Notes: a model not told the origin generated them from the letters alone. A stretch of DNA of 63,237 bases, filler included, from Rhabdomonas costata (GCA_019059605.1; 46 parts of 46 records of this genome joined end to end with filler, not necessarily neighbours in it); one strand, 5' to 3'. Shown: positions 12,483 to 25,748, numbered from the whole stretch's first letter. Numbers and translations are program-made.

Positions 12483-14344
12483 GCTGAACCAGCTTTTTAA
12501 TTTTGCAGGGGAGACATGCCCTTGGGGGCAATTGGTGCCATGATTTTTGGTTTGCACTAGCGTTGGTGTTTTGGTTTCCCTGTGTTGTGCTGAGTGGGAT
12601 GCTGAGTCCAGCCATAGGAAAAAGCTGACACCCTATTGCACGTGAGAGTTGAAACGGTAGTGTCAGCCGCCCGACACTCATACCGTTCTCTTCTAGCGTA
12701 ATTTGTTGATTTCTCTTTCTCTGTTGTGGTTGCTCTCATTGATGAGGGATATTTTGCTTTGGGCGCGGTAGAAAATTGACGGGGGTTTTGTTGTCCTCAG
12801 TTTTTTTCGATCTGGGTGACACTCTGCTTGATACCCATTGATGCCCACCCTTTCTGGTGGAGCGTTTGATTGGTATTTCCATATCCCTATCTCGCACTGT
12901 CTATTTCTGTGATGTCCAAAAATGTGCAACCAAAAAGGGCTTCCCAAGTGCCCTTTTTTTGTGTCTTCTTGCCGAGTTAGACGGATACCTTCCCTCAGCT
13001 CTGCACCAATCACCCATCTCAGGGTGTCCATTGCCTTTGTGTAGTGGGCTAGTCTGGGAGACCAGCATCACGCATCTCGAGGCTGGTATTTTCCCGTCCC
13101 CGGCTTCATCCACACTGTCCTTCTATTAGATTTTGAGTTTACTGGAAGCTATTCCTGCACGCCTTTGTCGTTCGCGGAAACATTGCGTGTGCGATCATTG
13201 GTTGTGCACATGCATGTGGACCAGTGGTTCTGCAGCTGAGGTTGTGCTTTTTGGTTTGACTTGACGTGGGCTTTGAGCGGGAGCAGGCACACAACACTCC
13301 TGTCCCGGAGTTTCTTTGATGAGTTGTTTTTTGTCTGCAGCCCCTTGGTGCGGAGTTCACGCATTTGGGGGGCACCTTCAGTCTAAAGCATTGGCTAACT
13401 TTGGATGGGAGACGGTTTTGCAAACGCTTTCCGTTAGATGACAATCAAAAGTTTATTAAATGGACAGCCGATCTCGTTCGACACGCGTTGGCAGTCAGAT
13501 GGAGACAAATACGGACATACTGAACTCAGTTGCGCGTGTAGAAGAAGGTGCTCTCTGGAACAGGCAGAGCGTGCAGTACCGCGCAGCACCCCATGTAAGA
13601 GATATGAAGGCATACGGAAAGGGGTGTGGTGCCGGCAGTTCAGAGACACGGAAAGCGAACAACTAAAACCAAAANNNNNNNNNNNNNNNNNNNNNNNNNN
13701 NNNNNNNNNNNNNNNNNNTTAATTAATTAANNNNNNNNNNNNNNNNNNNNNNNNNNNNNNNNNNNNNNNNNNNNGTGTGGGGTGCGGGAGCATCACCCCG
13801 CCCCTCCCGCTTCCCCTTCTTTGCCTTCTTTTTCTTCTTCTTCGCAATAATCGCAGTCGTCCTCTCCTCCTTCGTTGAGGCCCCACCCCCACGCATCGGT
13901 CCTTGAGCACGTGGCAGTTTTGCCGTTTTGGGGCCTGGAGTGTGCGTTCCAAGGAATGGAGAGAGGTCACAAGTCCGTTTCGTTGAAACTAGCAACCTCC
14001 GGAGAAAAGGAGACACCGCGGAGACACAAACGGACAAGCACACACAGCCCTTTTGTGAAATGCAAGAAGCCCGGCTGAAAAGGAAAAGCTGAAGAATTCG
14101 TGAACGTGAACTCCCAACTTGCTTTTTTGATTGAGGGGACGTAAAGCATTGGAAAACATGTGCCGTAATCATATGCAGCTGGCTTTTCCTCCTAGCTCCT
14201 AGAACCTGGAGGACACATTTTGGGAACCCTAAATCTTGAATTGAAATCCAAGGAAAATAAATGCAAAGCAACCACTTGGCGTATGCCACCAATTCAAATA
14301 CAACAACGGGTGTAACATTGTCACTCGTCATACAGCTACAACTG

Positions 14345-14391
14345 CTAACCCAACCCTAACTCCAACCCTAACCTTAAACCCTAACTCTAAC
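14345..14391 (+). repeat. Degenerate interstitial (CCCTAA)n telomere-like tract
   Basis: ctaacccaaccctaactccaaccctaaccttaaaccctaactctaac. Confidence 0.7.
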
Positions 14392-17300
14392 TGCCGGTGG
14401 AGGATTTCAAGCCTTGGCACAGCAGTCTTTCCCTCGGTCATTCACACAAAAAAGGCACGGTCACACAGTCAGCAGGACGAAGTTCGAACACCAAAAAAAG
14501 GAAGATGTGCAATCTCCCCAACGCCTCACCCGAAGGGGCGAGGCGCCGAATGTGGCAGGGGACGCAGCGTTGCATAACACACAAAGGGCACCAGGCACGA
14601 AAAGTATAACCACCCCCCCTGTGAAGGGAAGCGGAGGTTCCCCCCTCACATCATTCCGCATGACTTCCCGGGTCCGCCCCCGGCGCCAGAGAAGGAGTCT
14701 GTGGGGCCTAGAGTAGCGTAGGTAGGGCGCCCAAAGCTCGCTGGAGGGGCTGCCGCGGGAGGACCCCCAGCAGCAGGCTTCGTCCCGGCAGGAGGAGTTA
14801 CCGAGGAGCGCAGCGGTTCCCTCGACGCACTTCCTGAGGTGAGAGGGCGGGAGATATTGTGAGCTAACCCATCGTGAGGGGACATTTTCACCACACCACA
14901 CTCTGGCTGTATTCAAGACCTGTGCTTTTGTCCCTCCCTGGACCTCGTGATCACCTATCCTCCCTGGGAGGCACCCATGCTCTCCTTTCGTCCCCGTTCC
15001 CTGTCGCCTCTGGGTTTTCCTTTTTCATGACACTTTATGCTACAAACACAANNNNNNNNNNNNNNNNNNNNNNNNNNNNNNNNNNNNNNNNNNNNTTAAT
15101 TAATTAANNNNNNNNNNNNNNNNNNNNNNNNNNNNNNNNNNNNNNNNNNNNGGTTTTTGGTAAAGCAGCAATGGAAAACAGAATTAATGGGGCGATGCGA
15201 AGTCTTAATCCACCAGACCGATGCCACTGAAACTTGTGACCACAGTGACGCACGCTTATCAATAATGATGAGAGATTTTAGATAAGGATAGTTACATCTT
15301 AGAAACTCATGTGAACCAACTGGTCCGCTCGGACCCTATGTGATTGTCATCGTCTTCAGCAGGCGGATTATGTTGAAAAAGATCATATTGTATGTTCTGG
15401 TTGTGTCCATTTTTCGAACTCTGCAGCCATGCGAATACTGCCGGGTGGTACGTGAATGCTGTGTGACGTGTAGTGCTCAAAAGGGTAGTTTCTCATTGGG
15501 AACCACAAAGCATTGAAAAGGAGCGGTGTAACTTACTTTTATTTTATTATTTATTCGCATATGATGGCCCACACATTATAATTTGTGTTTTACGCATATC
15601 AATAATAAAAGAACATTCGGTTTCTGTGGGATAAACCTTAGCTGGACCAAAAATGCGAGACTGCCCGACAACTTCAAAAATGTCGATCAGGATGGATGGC
15701 ATTAAAAACGCAGCAAAGGGCAGAAGCGGTGACACCACCTTACAGGCGTTCCAGCGGTGGAGTGTCGCGACGCCTCCCGAGGGGCTACGAAGCACAAGAA
15801 GAACGGACGAGGAAGAAAACGGCGTGATCGTCCACTGCTTGGTACAAGAAACAGTGTCGCCCCGTGAAACTCCTTTTTCATATGTACGGCATGTGTGAAG
15901 AACCCCAAGAACCTTGCTGTGCTTTCATATGCTTCAGAATCTGAGCAAACTGGGGAGTCAGTGTACCGCGGGTTCACATAGGCAGCCCCTTGTGAAAATT
16001 ATTGCACCGCCCTGAGCGGTGCTGACCTGTTCGAAGACCCAAACACCCGCGCAGCGCTGGAGGAGACCTTTTTCCCTCAACTCGGACAGTGAGTAATCGT
16101 TTCGACCTAAAATTTGGGCACATGCCTGATCTCCGTCGCAATCCCAACAAAAAGGCAGAGGACCAAAGTATCGCGCACACACTGTGGGACGGGAAGTATT
16201 GCAGGTTGCGGTGCAGGGTAGGTGCCGGGGAAAGCTCCACCGAAAATCTCCGCGCGCTGTTCGGAGTGCCTGGGACGGAGGACAGGTTGCTGGTGTTGGA
16301 GGGATTCGCTGCGACTGTGCGACAGCAACCTCCCAAAATCAACCGACCGCATACTGCGTACGCATACGGACCTGGCAGTTGGAACCCAGACGCTCAATTC
16401 CCTCATCCAGTTTCCTTTAGACACACAANNNNNNNNNNNNNNNNNNNNNNNNNNNNNNNNNNNNNNNNNNNNTTAATTAATTAANNNNNNNNNNNNNNNN
16501 NNNNNNNNNNNNNNNNNNNNNNNNNNNNTCCAAGTCGATCCCCGCGCACAGCCTCGCCAGAAGACCCGGCTTCGCCACAACGGGGACGGGAGGCGGACAA
16601 CAGACACCCATCCCGGCGCCCAGCATGGACGTCCCCAGGGGGTCGTAAGTCACCCCGGTGCCCATCCCCATAGCGCAGGGGTCGCACCCCACCCCTCCAG
16701 CCATCATCGTGTTGCCGATCATTGTGGGGGAAGGCAAAGTGCCCGTTCGGATGCTGTTTAACAAAAAAGGAGTACAGGGAATCTATAAGCCGGTCCGCGG
16801 GGTTTTATAGCTGGGGAGATTTCTTTTCTGCAACTATGGCGCTGGCGATTTCATTTCGCCATGGAAAGCGGGGAAGGTGTCCCATCATCTCCTGGTGTAT
16901 TACGGGGAGGGAGTCCTGTTTTTGGAAAGCACAACGCCTTGTCCAAACTTTCACTGACTTATTCCACTGATTTTCCCGCCTTTCGTCTCTGACCCACTCT
17001 CCAGTCCACACCAGTACCACACTCCGGAGTAGCAAACAGCCGGAGGGAGAAATGGATCTGAACATGTTTGGAAATACGACGGGTTAACCGTGATGAGTAT
17101 GAAATTTGGCTTTGCCGGAAGAAAAAAAATATCCCGAATTAGCTGGTATTGCAGTCGACGTCTGCTTGTCATCGAAGCAGCGGAAAACGGAGGAATGGGT
17201 CAAAGCGAAAACCGGTCAAAACAGGAACCGAAGAACGTGTCGAGGCAAGCGAGCGGCGACGAAACTGTTTTGCACGAAAGGTCTCTCCGAGCAGTTCCGC

Positions 17301-17772
17301 TTTCCGAACCCCATCTATCACGTGCTCGATAATCCCAAAAAGAAAACTTTCCAACTTGCCACAGCCACCACCACCGGTGCAGCCGTGCACTTTAACATGC
17401 AAAGGTGGAGGGGGGAGGTTGAATGAGGAAACAATAATCAAATATAACTCACAAGCTGCAAAAAAAAACTACTACTTTATGATAATAATGGGGATAATAA
17501 CCACCACAACATGATTGAAGTTTCAACACAGCACCGTACAAGTCATCCTGGGTGAGCCCCAGGCACGTACCACGGGCACACACTGGCCGGCCGGGGCAAT
17601 CCCCCACACGTGCAAAGTGCATATCTCTCTCGGCACACAACAAACAATCCCAGCCAAGCCCTATCAAATACCATAACGCTAAATGAAAATCGCTGGAAAC
17701 GAAAAGGCTGCGGTACAGTTCAAAATTCCGCCAGGACCCAGGCAGCAGGAAGCAGGAGGACGGGACCACCAA

Positions 17773-17774
<2 letters not shown>

Positions 17775-17807
<33 letters not shown>
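17775..17807 (+). repeat. (CA)n microsatellite; similar tracts near 18545, 19761, 24475, 30040, 37025 and 39437
   Basis: Directly visible dinucleotide runs. Confidence 0.95.
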
Positions 17808-19760
17808 NNNNNNNNNNNNNNNNNNNNNNNNNNNNNNNNNNNNNNNNNNNNTTAATTAATTAANNNNNNNNNNNNNNNNNNNNNNNNNNNNNNNNNNNNN
17901 NNNNNNNTGGTGTGTGTAGATGTGTGAGGCTTGTGGCTGCCGAGAAAATGCATATGTATCTGTGCCTATCCAGCAGAAATAAAATATCCAGAGAGCAAAA
18001 GATGTATGGTATTCACCCGCCACCGGCTGGCGGGGCAACCCCCCATCTAGAAGTGGCCGCAGTAAAGTCAGTGACTGTGTGTGAGAACAATCCTGACACA
18101 ACTGTCCAAGGTCTGCCGTGCATGGGAATGTGAGTGAGCAAGCGTGTATGTGTCTAGCGCTTTGTCCATCGTGCTTTTGCCTTTGCTCTTCCCCTCACCT
18201 TTGACCTCCTGCCTTATAACTTAGGATTGTACTCCTGCTGCACGATCTTTTCGACCTGTTGATGCAGTGCTGCTTTTTTTAGCTGTCAGTTGAGTTTTTC
18301 TTGCGTCACCCAACCCCTTAAGTAAGTGGATGGGTTAGTGTGTGAGTGTGCATGAAGCAATAAGCGCAGCTTGGGCGAGTGCATGGGTTGGAACTCCCTT
18401 GAATTGCGGCGTAATGTGCCATTGATATTTCCCAAGAACCCCCCGCTCAGCAGCAGAGGAGTGATCCGTACCCCGAGAAACGGCCAGACAGCGGGAGATC
18501 CCGCTGGAGGCAGAAAAGACCAAATTAATGCCCTGTGCCTGTAGTGTGTGTGCGTGTGTGTGTGTGTGTGGATGGATACCTATACGGCAGCGAGGGGGTC
18601 CTGAGGAGGGCTCACCCTAAAGCAGCTCGAGTGCCCGCTCCTGCAGAGGTGAGGAACCAACACTCGAACGAGGGGTATTGCGTTCAAAGGCAAAAAGAGA
18701 AGGAAAGCATATCGGCGACAGAATTCCCCGTGTGTGAGACCTTTCCCAGCCGCCATCTCAAGTTACGGCACGGCACGGAACGAGACTTTAGTCAGTTTTG
18801 CGCGCCGAGGTAACTTTTGTCCTCAACCCGGGACTGGCCCCGTGCTGCGGGAGAAGTCCAGGGTGGGGTTAATTTCCCTTAATTTCCCTTCACCATCACT
18901 CCTTGGGCGAGACCACGGAGTCAGACCGGAAACATTGATTCGAGCTTATTTCGGTTCGTGACAGTATCTTGTACCAGTGCTTTCGTTTCACATCCAACTC
19001 AACGCTGATAATTTTTAATGATTCAATGGATCTTGAATGGAGACTGATTGGGTATGGGCTTCCGGCGTGTGCACAAATGTCGCACCGGGATAGCACACAC
19101 GCTCATCGTTGTGGTTGTTTGCTGGTCAATCACAAGTGCTAAGTTTTAAGTGCTACGTTAGTTTAAATCACACAAAAANNNNNNNNNNNNNNNNNNNNNN
19201 NNNNNNNNNNNNNNNNNNNNNNTTAATTAATTAANNNNNNNNNNNNNNNNNNNNNNNNNNNNNNNNNNNNNNNNNNNNGGTGGGTGTTATCGGAGCTGTA
19301 TCCTCGCGGAATCGCTCTTTGTAATTGTGCAGATTCGGTTTCGTTGGTTTTTCTTCCGTCAGTTGGCGCGGGGAGGGGCGAGAGGCAGGGGGAGGCAGAG
19401 GGACAGATTCCCTAGGTGTTGAAAGGAAACCTTGGCCTGCCTTTCTCCTGGGAAGATGAGCGTTGCAGTAGTGCGGTGGCGAAAAGAAAGAGACAAGTTG
19501 AAAGTGAGAACGGGGGGGAGGGGAAGACGAAGAGGTGGAAGGGTTGCTGTTGGTGGAAGAGGTTGATGTGCGATGTGTTGGTTTCCCTACTAGGGAAGTG
19601 TGGCCGCGATAGCAAAACCCAGGTTCTCGGTTCCCAGGTTGAAGTGATCCCCTGATGGCTTGGAGATGATTGATGAAGAGATTTGGCGAAGCGTGCACGT
19701 GTGTGTGTTGCGGGTTGCGAGATGCTGAGAAAGCGGTGGGCTGCGTTTTGGTGCCTGCCG

Positions 19761-19792
<32 letters not shown>

Positions 19793-20655
19793 TGTGTGTT
19801 CCGTATTCTGAACCCGGAAGACGCATCAAAGCCGGTTATTGTTTCTGCTGCTCTCTGGGCAAATGCACAACGACTCGCACTTCAGAGGCACGCGGCGAGA
19901 GTCTTTTGTTGAGGGTCGCATTTTTGCTATGAGTCCGCGTCTTTTTTGATGCACCTCTTTGGTGCATATACGCGGTGAACTTCCAACAGTTTCTGTATCG
20001 CGCGCGATTGTGCGGTGCCACGACCCACAGGTGCGCACGTTTCTGCCTCACTTGATGGTATTAATTTGGGATGGGAAGACTTTGGCGGCCACAAGCGTTC
20101 AGGGACTCATACACGTGTGGTGTCTTTGTATGATTGGGATGACATCCAGGATGTTTTGGGATATTGTGGTGCGCGCGTCCTGCACCTGTCAGAGAATATA
20201 AGCTGTCACAAAATATAGAAGGATGTGACGGCGGTAGAACGTATATTTTTTTTTGCACCTGTGCAGGTGAGCCTGAGTGGATTTGTGGCCTCCCCCCACC
20301 CACCCCGGCTTGTGCACACCTCACCTCATTTCCGCTGTGCTCAGGGGACATCGGTGCATGGAGAGAGAGCGAGAGGCAGGAAATGTGGAGGGTGTGGGGC
20401 AACGCTTTGCGCGAGGGTCCTCTCGTTCATCTCGCACACGCGCGCTGAACCACTCGATCTCACTGTTGCTGACTCCCCCGGCCATTATACAATACAACCC
20501 AACCTCCACTTACTTTCGGTTTCAGTAGCACTCCGAAAGGTACACACAAACCAACNNNNNNNNNNNNNNNNNNNNNNNNNNNNNNNNNNNNNNNNNNNNT
20601 TAATTAATTAANNNNNNNNNNNNNNNNNNNNNNNNNNNNNNNNNNNNNNNNNNNN

Positions 20656-21929
20656 GGTGTGTGGGCTTCCGTGTGAACTGGTGACACCGTGATCCTCAGG
20701 CGTTCGGTACCCTTGGGTACCGTGGGGTAGTTGATGGGCTGCACGTAGATCCCGTGCCTCGCCATCAGCATGTCACTGGCCTTCTTACATAGCGTGGGCT
20801 GAGTGTGGGAAGGCCACCAGATGGACGCAAAGGTTGGAGGCGGTTTCCCGATATCAAAAATTTCGAAAATTCGAAAAATTCCCATCAAATATTTGGACGG
20901 TGTTGTCGGAGTTGAACGGTGAGCCAGAAACGGCACCCACGAGCCATTCTCACGTTCCGCACCCCCACTTCGAGGACATCGGCAGCTTCGCCAGATGTGT
21001 GCCCACGGGTCGCAATTCCAGGCCAATATGAAGAGAACATGGTGGACTTTTGTTAGGGAATGTACTTCGGCCACTATCGGGGCTCGAACAGCTGCACTAA
21101 AAATGACACCCCCCAGGGCTGCTGGTTTGACACGCACGCGGCGCACATTTCCGATGAACAGGGGCGTGATGTGGCTCTCACCCTCCATCAGCGGGAGCCC
21201 CGCCGCGCGCATCATCTGCTTCAGCTTCTGCACGTTGGTATGGAACGTGAACCGCTTCATCACACCCTTCACCCCGCGCAGAGCCTTCACGCTGCACACC
21301 AGTAAGCGCATATAAGAAGGAGACAACAACCTCAGGGCAGATACGTGAAAAACCAAAAAGACGCGTACCTAATATATGTGTGTCTAATATATTCAATACA
21401 GTTCGGGACAACGAGGCAATCAAAGAAAACCATACAAGGGATCCAGAAACCTTCTCATGTTGCTGCTGTTACCAATTGTTCAGATACAGCTCCGTTTTCT
21501 CAGCTGGGCAGTAAGTGCCCAGAAATAGGGGCTATTGTGACGTGAAGGCTGAAGTGAAGGGGCATCCTTGGGCATGTTGGTCGTTTGGGACCTTCAAACA
21601 GTCAATAACACCTATAAACTCCCTTGGCCTGGCATACCTTCATCTTGGGGTGTTGACCTTTCCCTGCAATCTGACCCCTGGGTTGAAAAATGATGTCACT
21701 CAATAAAAAGCGAGAAGTTTTTGACTGTTCAGTGTGCATAAACGAAAGCAGCCCCCACCCACCCAAAGGAAATCAAAACGGTGGCCGCAACCTTGCCAGC
21801 GCCGCCGCGGCCACGTGAGGCGGTGTGGAAGTGGAAAAGATGAACCCCGGCGCCTTGGAGCGGATGGAGTCCACAATCGCCGCAGAGCTCGCGACGTAAC
21901 CCCCAACCACACCGTAGGCCTTCCCCAAA
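20656..21929 (-). CDS. ALAS: 5-aminolevulinate synthase, partial; exons ~21929-21792, 21291-21147, 20798-20656
   Basis: [11 protein letters not shown] (PLP lysine), [22 protein letters not shown] and [23 protein letters not shown]. Both GT-AG introns join in frame. Confidence 0.93.
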
Positions 21930-22273
21930 CAANNNNNNNNNNNNNNNNNNNNNNNNNNNNNNNNNNNNNNNNNNNNTTAATTAATTAANNNNNNNNNNNN
22001 NNNNNNNNNNNNNNNNNNNNNNNNNNNNNNNNGGGTTTGGGTTTCTTGGGTCACCGCCATACAATTGCTCTTCCAGGCTTTCTCTTTAGTGCCACTGCGC
22101 CAAAGGTATGAGGTAGTGTGACTCATATTATTCCAAAGGCTCGTCTCACGGAGTCAAGGAGCCTTCTTCTCTTGACAATGATGTTCTCGTGGCATCGCCG
22201 GAACGGCGCAGTCAGTGGGACGGCATGAGGTTGTCTGTTTTCCCTGTGAACCCTCTTGCGGGGGGGGGGGCAG

Positions 22274-23307
22274 AGGAATGTCAGCCCCGGTGGAGGTCGT
22301 TGTGTAAGGCGAGGCAGGGCGCTCGCACAGCGTTCTGGGCGGAGGGCCGGAAGCTGTTGTTCCAGCGCCAGGGGGTACCCCACCCTCAGCCTTTCTTTGT
22401 CAAAGGCCTGGCCTACGGCGCAGGTGCCTGGCAGCACAGCCTCGTCCACACACACACTCTCTCTCTGTCACTTACTTACTCACTCACTCACACTCAACTC
22501 ACACTCAACCTACACTCGCACTCATATCAGCCAGGGGACACAGGGCAAATGTGTTGAGGTGGAGGGGTGCTTACTAGCTCTCTACATACACATGCATACA
22601 TGCATACGCACAGGAAAGATGGAGGCGGGAAATGGCAAAATAGAAACGCCCACCAGAAAATGGGAAACAGATTGTCCGCAATGCACATTGACACAAATCG
22701 CATGCGCGTGCACAGTTGGGTCGGATTTTAGTTCGGCGTTAACTGAAGAACACTGATTGGAATCTTTGGGGAGGGGGGGTGATCGTGTGTCGAAGCTTCC
22801 ACAAAACACGGAAGTGAGGTCGCCACCAAATGGGGAAAGCACCAACATGAAGAAAAGTCACTCCCTAAGCACAGACGTGCCACAAAGAAGGTGATGCGAA
22901 CAGAGGAATGCATGGCAGGGAAGGTGGGGCTTCGCTTCTTGTAGTTATATGTCAAATCTGTCACCTCACCATGCATTTCCAATACATTTGTATATGTATC
23001 TCTGAGTGTTCCAATGTGAACCGGGCGGGATGATTAAGGTACGAGTAGTTCACCGCAAAGCGATTTAACTAGCGATTCCCGGCTCAGTGCGTCAACACCA
23101 TTCTTCTCTCAGTTTCCTGCTCAACTGCTCTTGTTTCCGAGTCAAACTGCACACACGGAGAGGACAGTGCACCACTCCAAACTGCCGGCCGGGGCTTGTT
23201 TGTTCAGTTCCTGTGGGGCACGACCCGGGGGACCCGGTCAGCCCTTTCAACGAGAGCTTCACGGAGGCCCTCGCACCGACCTGCGAGCGCGACCTCGCCA
23301 CCCAACA
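22274..23307 (+). CDS. GH-A clan glycoside hydrolase, GH72/GH2-like N-terminus; exons ~22274-22423 and 23208-23307
   Basis: Spliced peptide PFFVKGLAYGA|VPVGHDPGDPVSPFNESFTEALAPTCERDLAT resembles FxIKGVxYQP...DPL...CxRDI. The GT-AG intron 22424-23207 is in phase. Confidence 0.6.
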
Positions 23308-24498
23308 NNNNNNNNNNNNNNNNNNNNNNNNNNNNNNNNNNNNNNNNNNNNTTAATTAATTAANNNNNNNNNNNNNNNNNNNNNNNNNNNNNNNNNNNNN
23401 NNNNNNNGTTTTTGGGGGGAGAGTTGGCAAGCGAGCAAGGGAAGGCCATAGTGCAACAAGGAATTTCAGGGGAGGGGACTATGGAGTAAGGATCAAAAAG
23501 AGCCCTCGGCCACGGAGTGCCCGTTTCGGAATTATTTGCCTTTTTTTTGTTGTGAAGAGGAAATTGAGTATTGTCGAATAGTTGTGGGTGTGTGTGGGTG
23601 ACTTTCGCTGCCGTTCTAGAATCTTGAATTCAATGCCCTTCGTTCTGGACATCGAGACTGGCATTATTCTCGGCGCAGTGTGGTGCGGTGCAGGAATTCG
23701 GTGGGGGGCAGTTCCTGCCCGCGTATTTGCACATGTCCCGATTTGTTTCTCCCTTTCGTGCACCAATTACTTTTTAGAGGATCCTTTTATTTTGTCAATG
23801 ATTGTTTGTCACTTAAGTCACAGCAAAGAGCACAAAATCTACCCTTGCCGCCTGGGTATCGTCCAAAATTGCGCTCATCTGTGCAAGCCGTGAGCGCAGC
23901 GCAGCCAGTTGGGCTGACCGCCGAGAAAAGGCATCCTCTTCTTCATCCTCCTCCTCACCTTCCTGTGGAAAAAGCAAAGTGCTCATTCCCCCACGCAGCC
24001 CATGTTGCACCGACCCGTCCTTAAATTCCACCTCGGCCAAAGCAAAAAAAACTTTCTTTCACACTACCCTTGTGCCCCAGCGCAACCGTTCGCCTCCTTC
24101 TGTCGACAAATGGTTCTTGAATAAAGAATGAGGTTCAGCGTAATTCCAAAGATTTCCAGTGTCGTTTAAAGAGCCCTCGCAAGTCGACTGGAAAAGGCGC
24201 AGATACCCGGAAACATAAAACAAAGGCGCGTCGCAACGGGACTTGTTCACAATGTCAATATATGCCGCGTACATGCGCCATTTACGCAATTTAGAACGCC
24301 ATTTGGACCATCAACATATCAATCATGTTTCTGAAGCCTATTCGGAAAGCGAGGGAAGCATGAAAAGTTGTGTGCACGTAAAACCCGCAGTGCGGGTAAA
24401 GAGGAAAAACACGATTGTAACAAGTCAAAGGGATACCAAAAAAATGTTGGGTGTAAAGGGTACGGATACTTACAACACACACACACACACACACATGG

Positions 24499-24681
24499 CG
24501 CCTTGGCGCGGTGTGCTGTGGCGTGTCCTTGTGCTGCTTGTTCTGCATACCTGTTGGTTTTTTGGCGCGTTCACGGTGCTGCTGTTCGTGCTGGACGACA
24601 CGACGGGCGTTGGGGTGAGAGTGTGCGCCGTGAACGCGCCAAAAAACCAACAGGTGTGCAGAACAAGCAGCACAAGGACAC
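24499..24681 (-). mobile_element. Truncated copy of the repeat at 61211-61344, with a 54-bp inverted duplication, abutting (CA)n
   Basis: 24499-24632 aligns without gaps to the reverse complement of 61211-61344. 24523-24576 and 24628-24681 are inverted copies with 1 mismatch. Confidence 0.75.
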
Positions 24682-24944
24682 ACCCCCNNNNNNNNNNNNN
24701 NNNNNNNNNNNNNNNNNNNNNNNNNNNNNNNTTAATTAATTAANNNNNNNNNNNNNNNNNNNNNNNNNNNNNNNNNNNNNNNNNNNNACAGAGGTGGTGA
24801 GCAAGCATCGTGTGGCGCCGTCGCGCTGGCTGCCGTCGAGCGGAAACTGATTGAACGCGCTACACCAGCTGAGTCCGGGAACTTGCGCAGTGCACGCGTA
24901 CAGAAGGTTAGTGCGTTGTGTGCTCACACGCACGTCTTTTTCAG

Positions 24945-25748
24945 GTCCACATCTCCGATGTCTCGCTTCCTGTTGCCGTGGGACTGTGGGTGATGATGCT
25001 CCCCGTCCTGACGAAGGTCCGCTATGAGCTTCTGGGCACCATGCTGCGCACCCGCAGCTCCGCGAAGCACCTGCTAGTCTCCTTCGTCCTAAACTGGGCT
25101 GTCGGCCCTGCCGTGATGACCGGTCTGGCCTGGGCCTGCCTCCCCGACCTACCCCACTACCGTAGCGGCGTGATCATGGTGGGCCTGGCGCGGTGCATCG
25201 CCATGGTGCTAATCTGGAACGAGCTCGCAGGGGGTAGCCCAGAGATGTGCGCGGTGATGGTGGCGCTGAACTCCGCCCTGCAGATGCTGCTCTACGCACC
25301 CTTCGCGATGCTCTACGTGGGCTCCTCTGTTGGGGTCTCTGGGGACCTCTTCTGGCGGATCTGCAGGAGCGTGCTGGTGTTCCTGGGGATCCCTTTGGCG
25401 GCGGGGGTGCTACTGCGGGTGGTGCTGGTCCGGGCGAAAGGCAGGGACTGGCTGGAGAAGCGCTTCATGAAGTTCTTCGGGCCGTGCGCATTGCTGGCCC
25501 TGTTGTACACTATAATCGTGCTGTTCGCGGCGCAGGGGGACCGGGTGGTCTCTGAGGTGGGCAGCGTGGTCCGAGTGGCTGTCCCGATGCTGGTGTATTT
25601 CGCCCTGCTCTTCATGGGCTCGATGGCGCTGTGCTGGTTCACCGGCGTCCCGTACCCATTGGCCGTCACGCAGGCCTTCACCGCCTCAAGCAACAACTTC
25701 GAGCTCGCGATTGCAGTCTCAGCGGGAGTCTTCGGGGTCAAGTCCCCG
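24945..25748 (+). CDS. ACR3: Arsenite efflux transporter ACR3, large internal exon
   Basis: VSLPVAVGLWVMMLPVLTKVRYE, LNWAVGP, GLARCIAMVLIWN, ALNSALQ and ASSNNFELAIAV are ACR3 motifs. AG acceptor ends at 24944, GT donor at 25749. Confidence 0.95.

Noticed and set aside
20604-21356. 250-aa ORF read as one ALAS exon with an insertion domain
   Set aside because: The insertion is bounded by GT...AG and its removal restores ALAS spacing.
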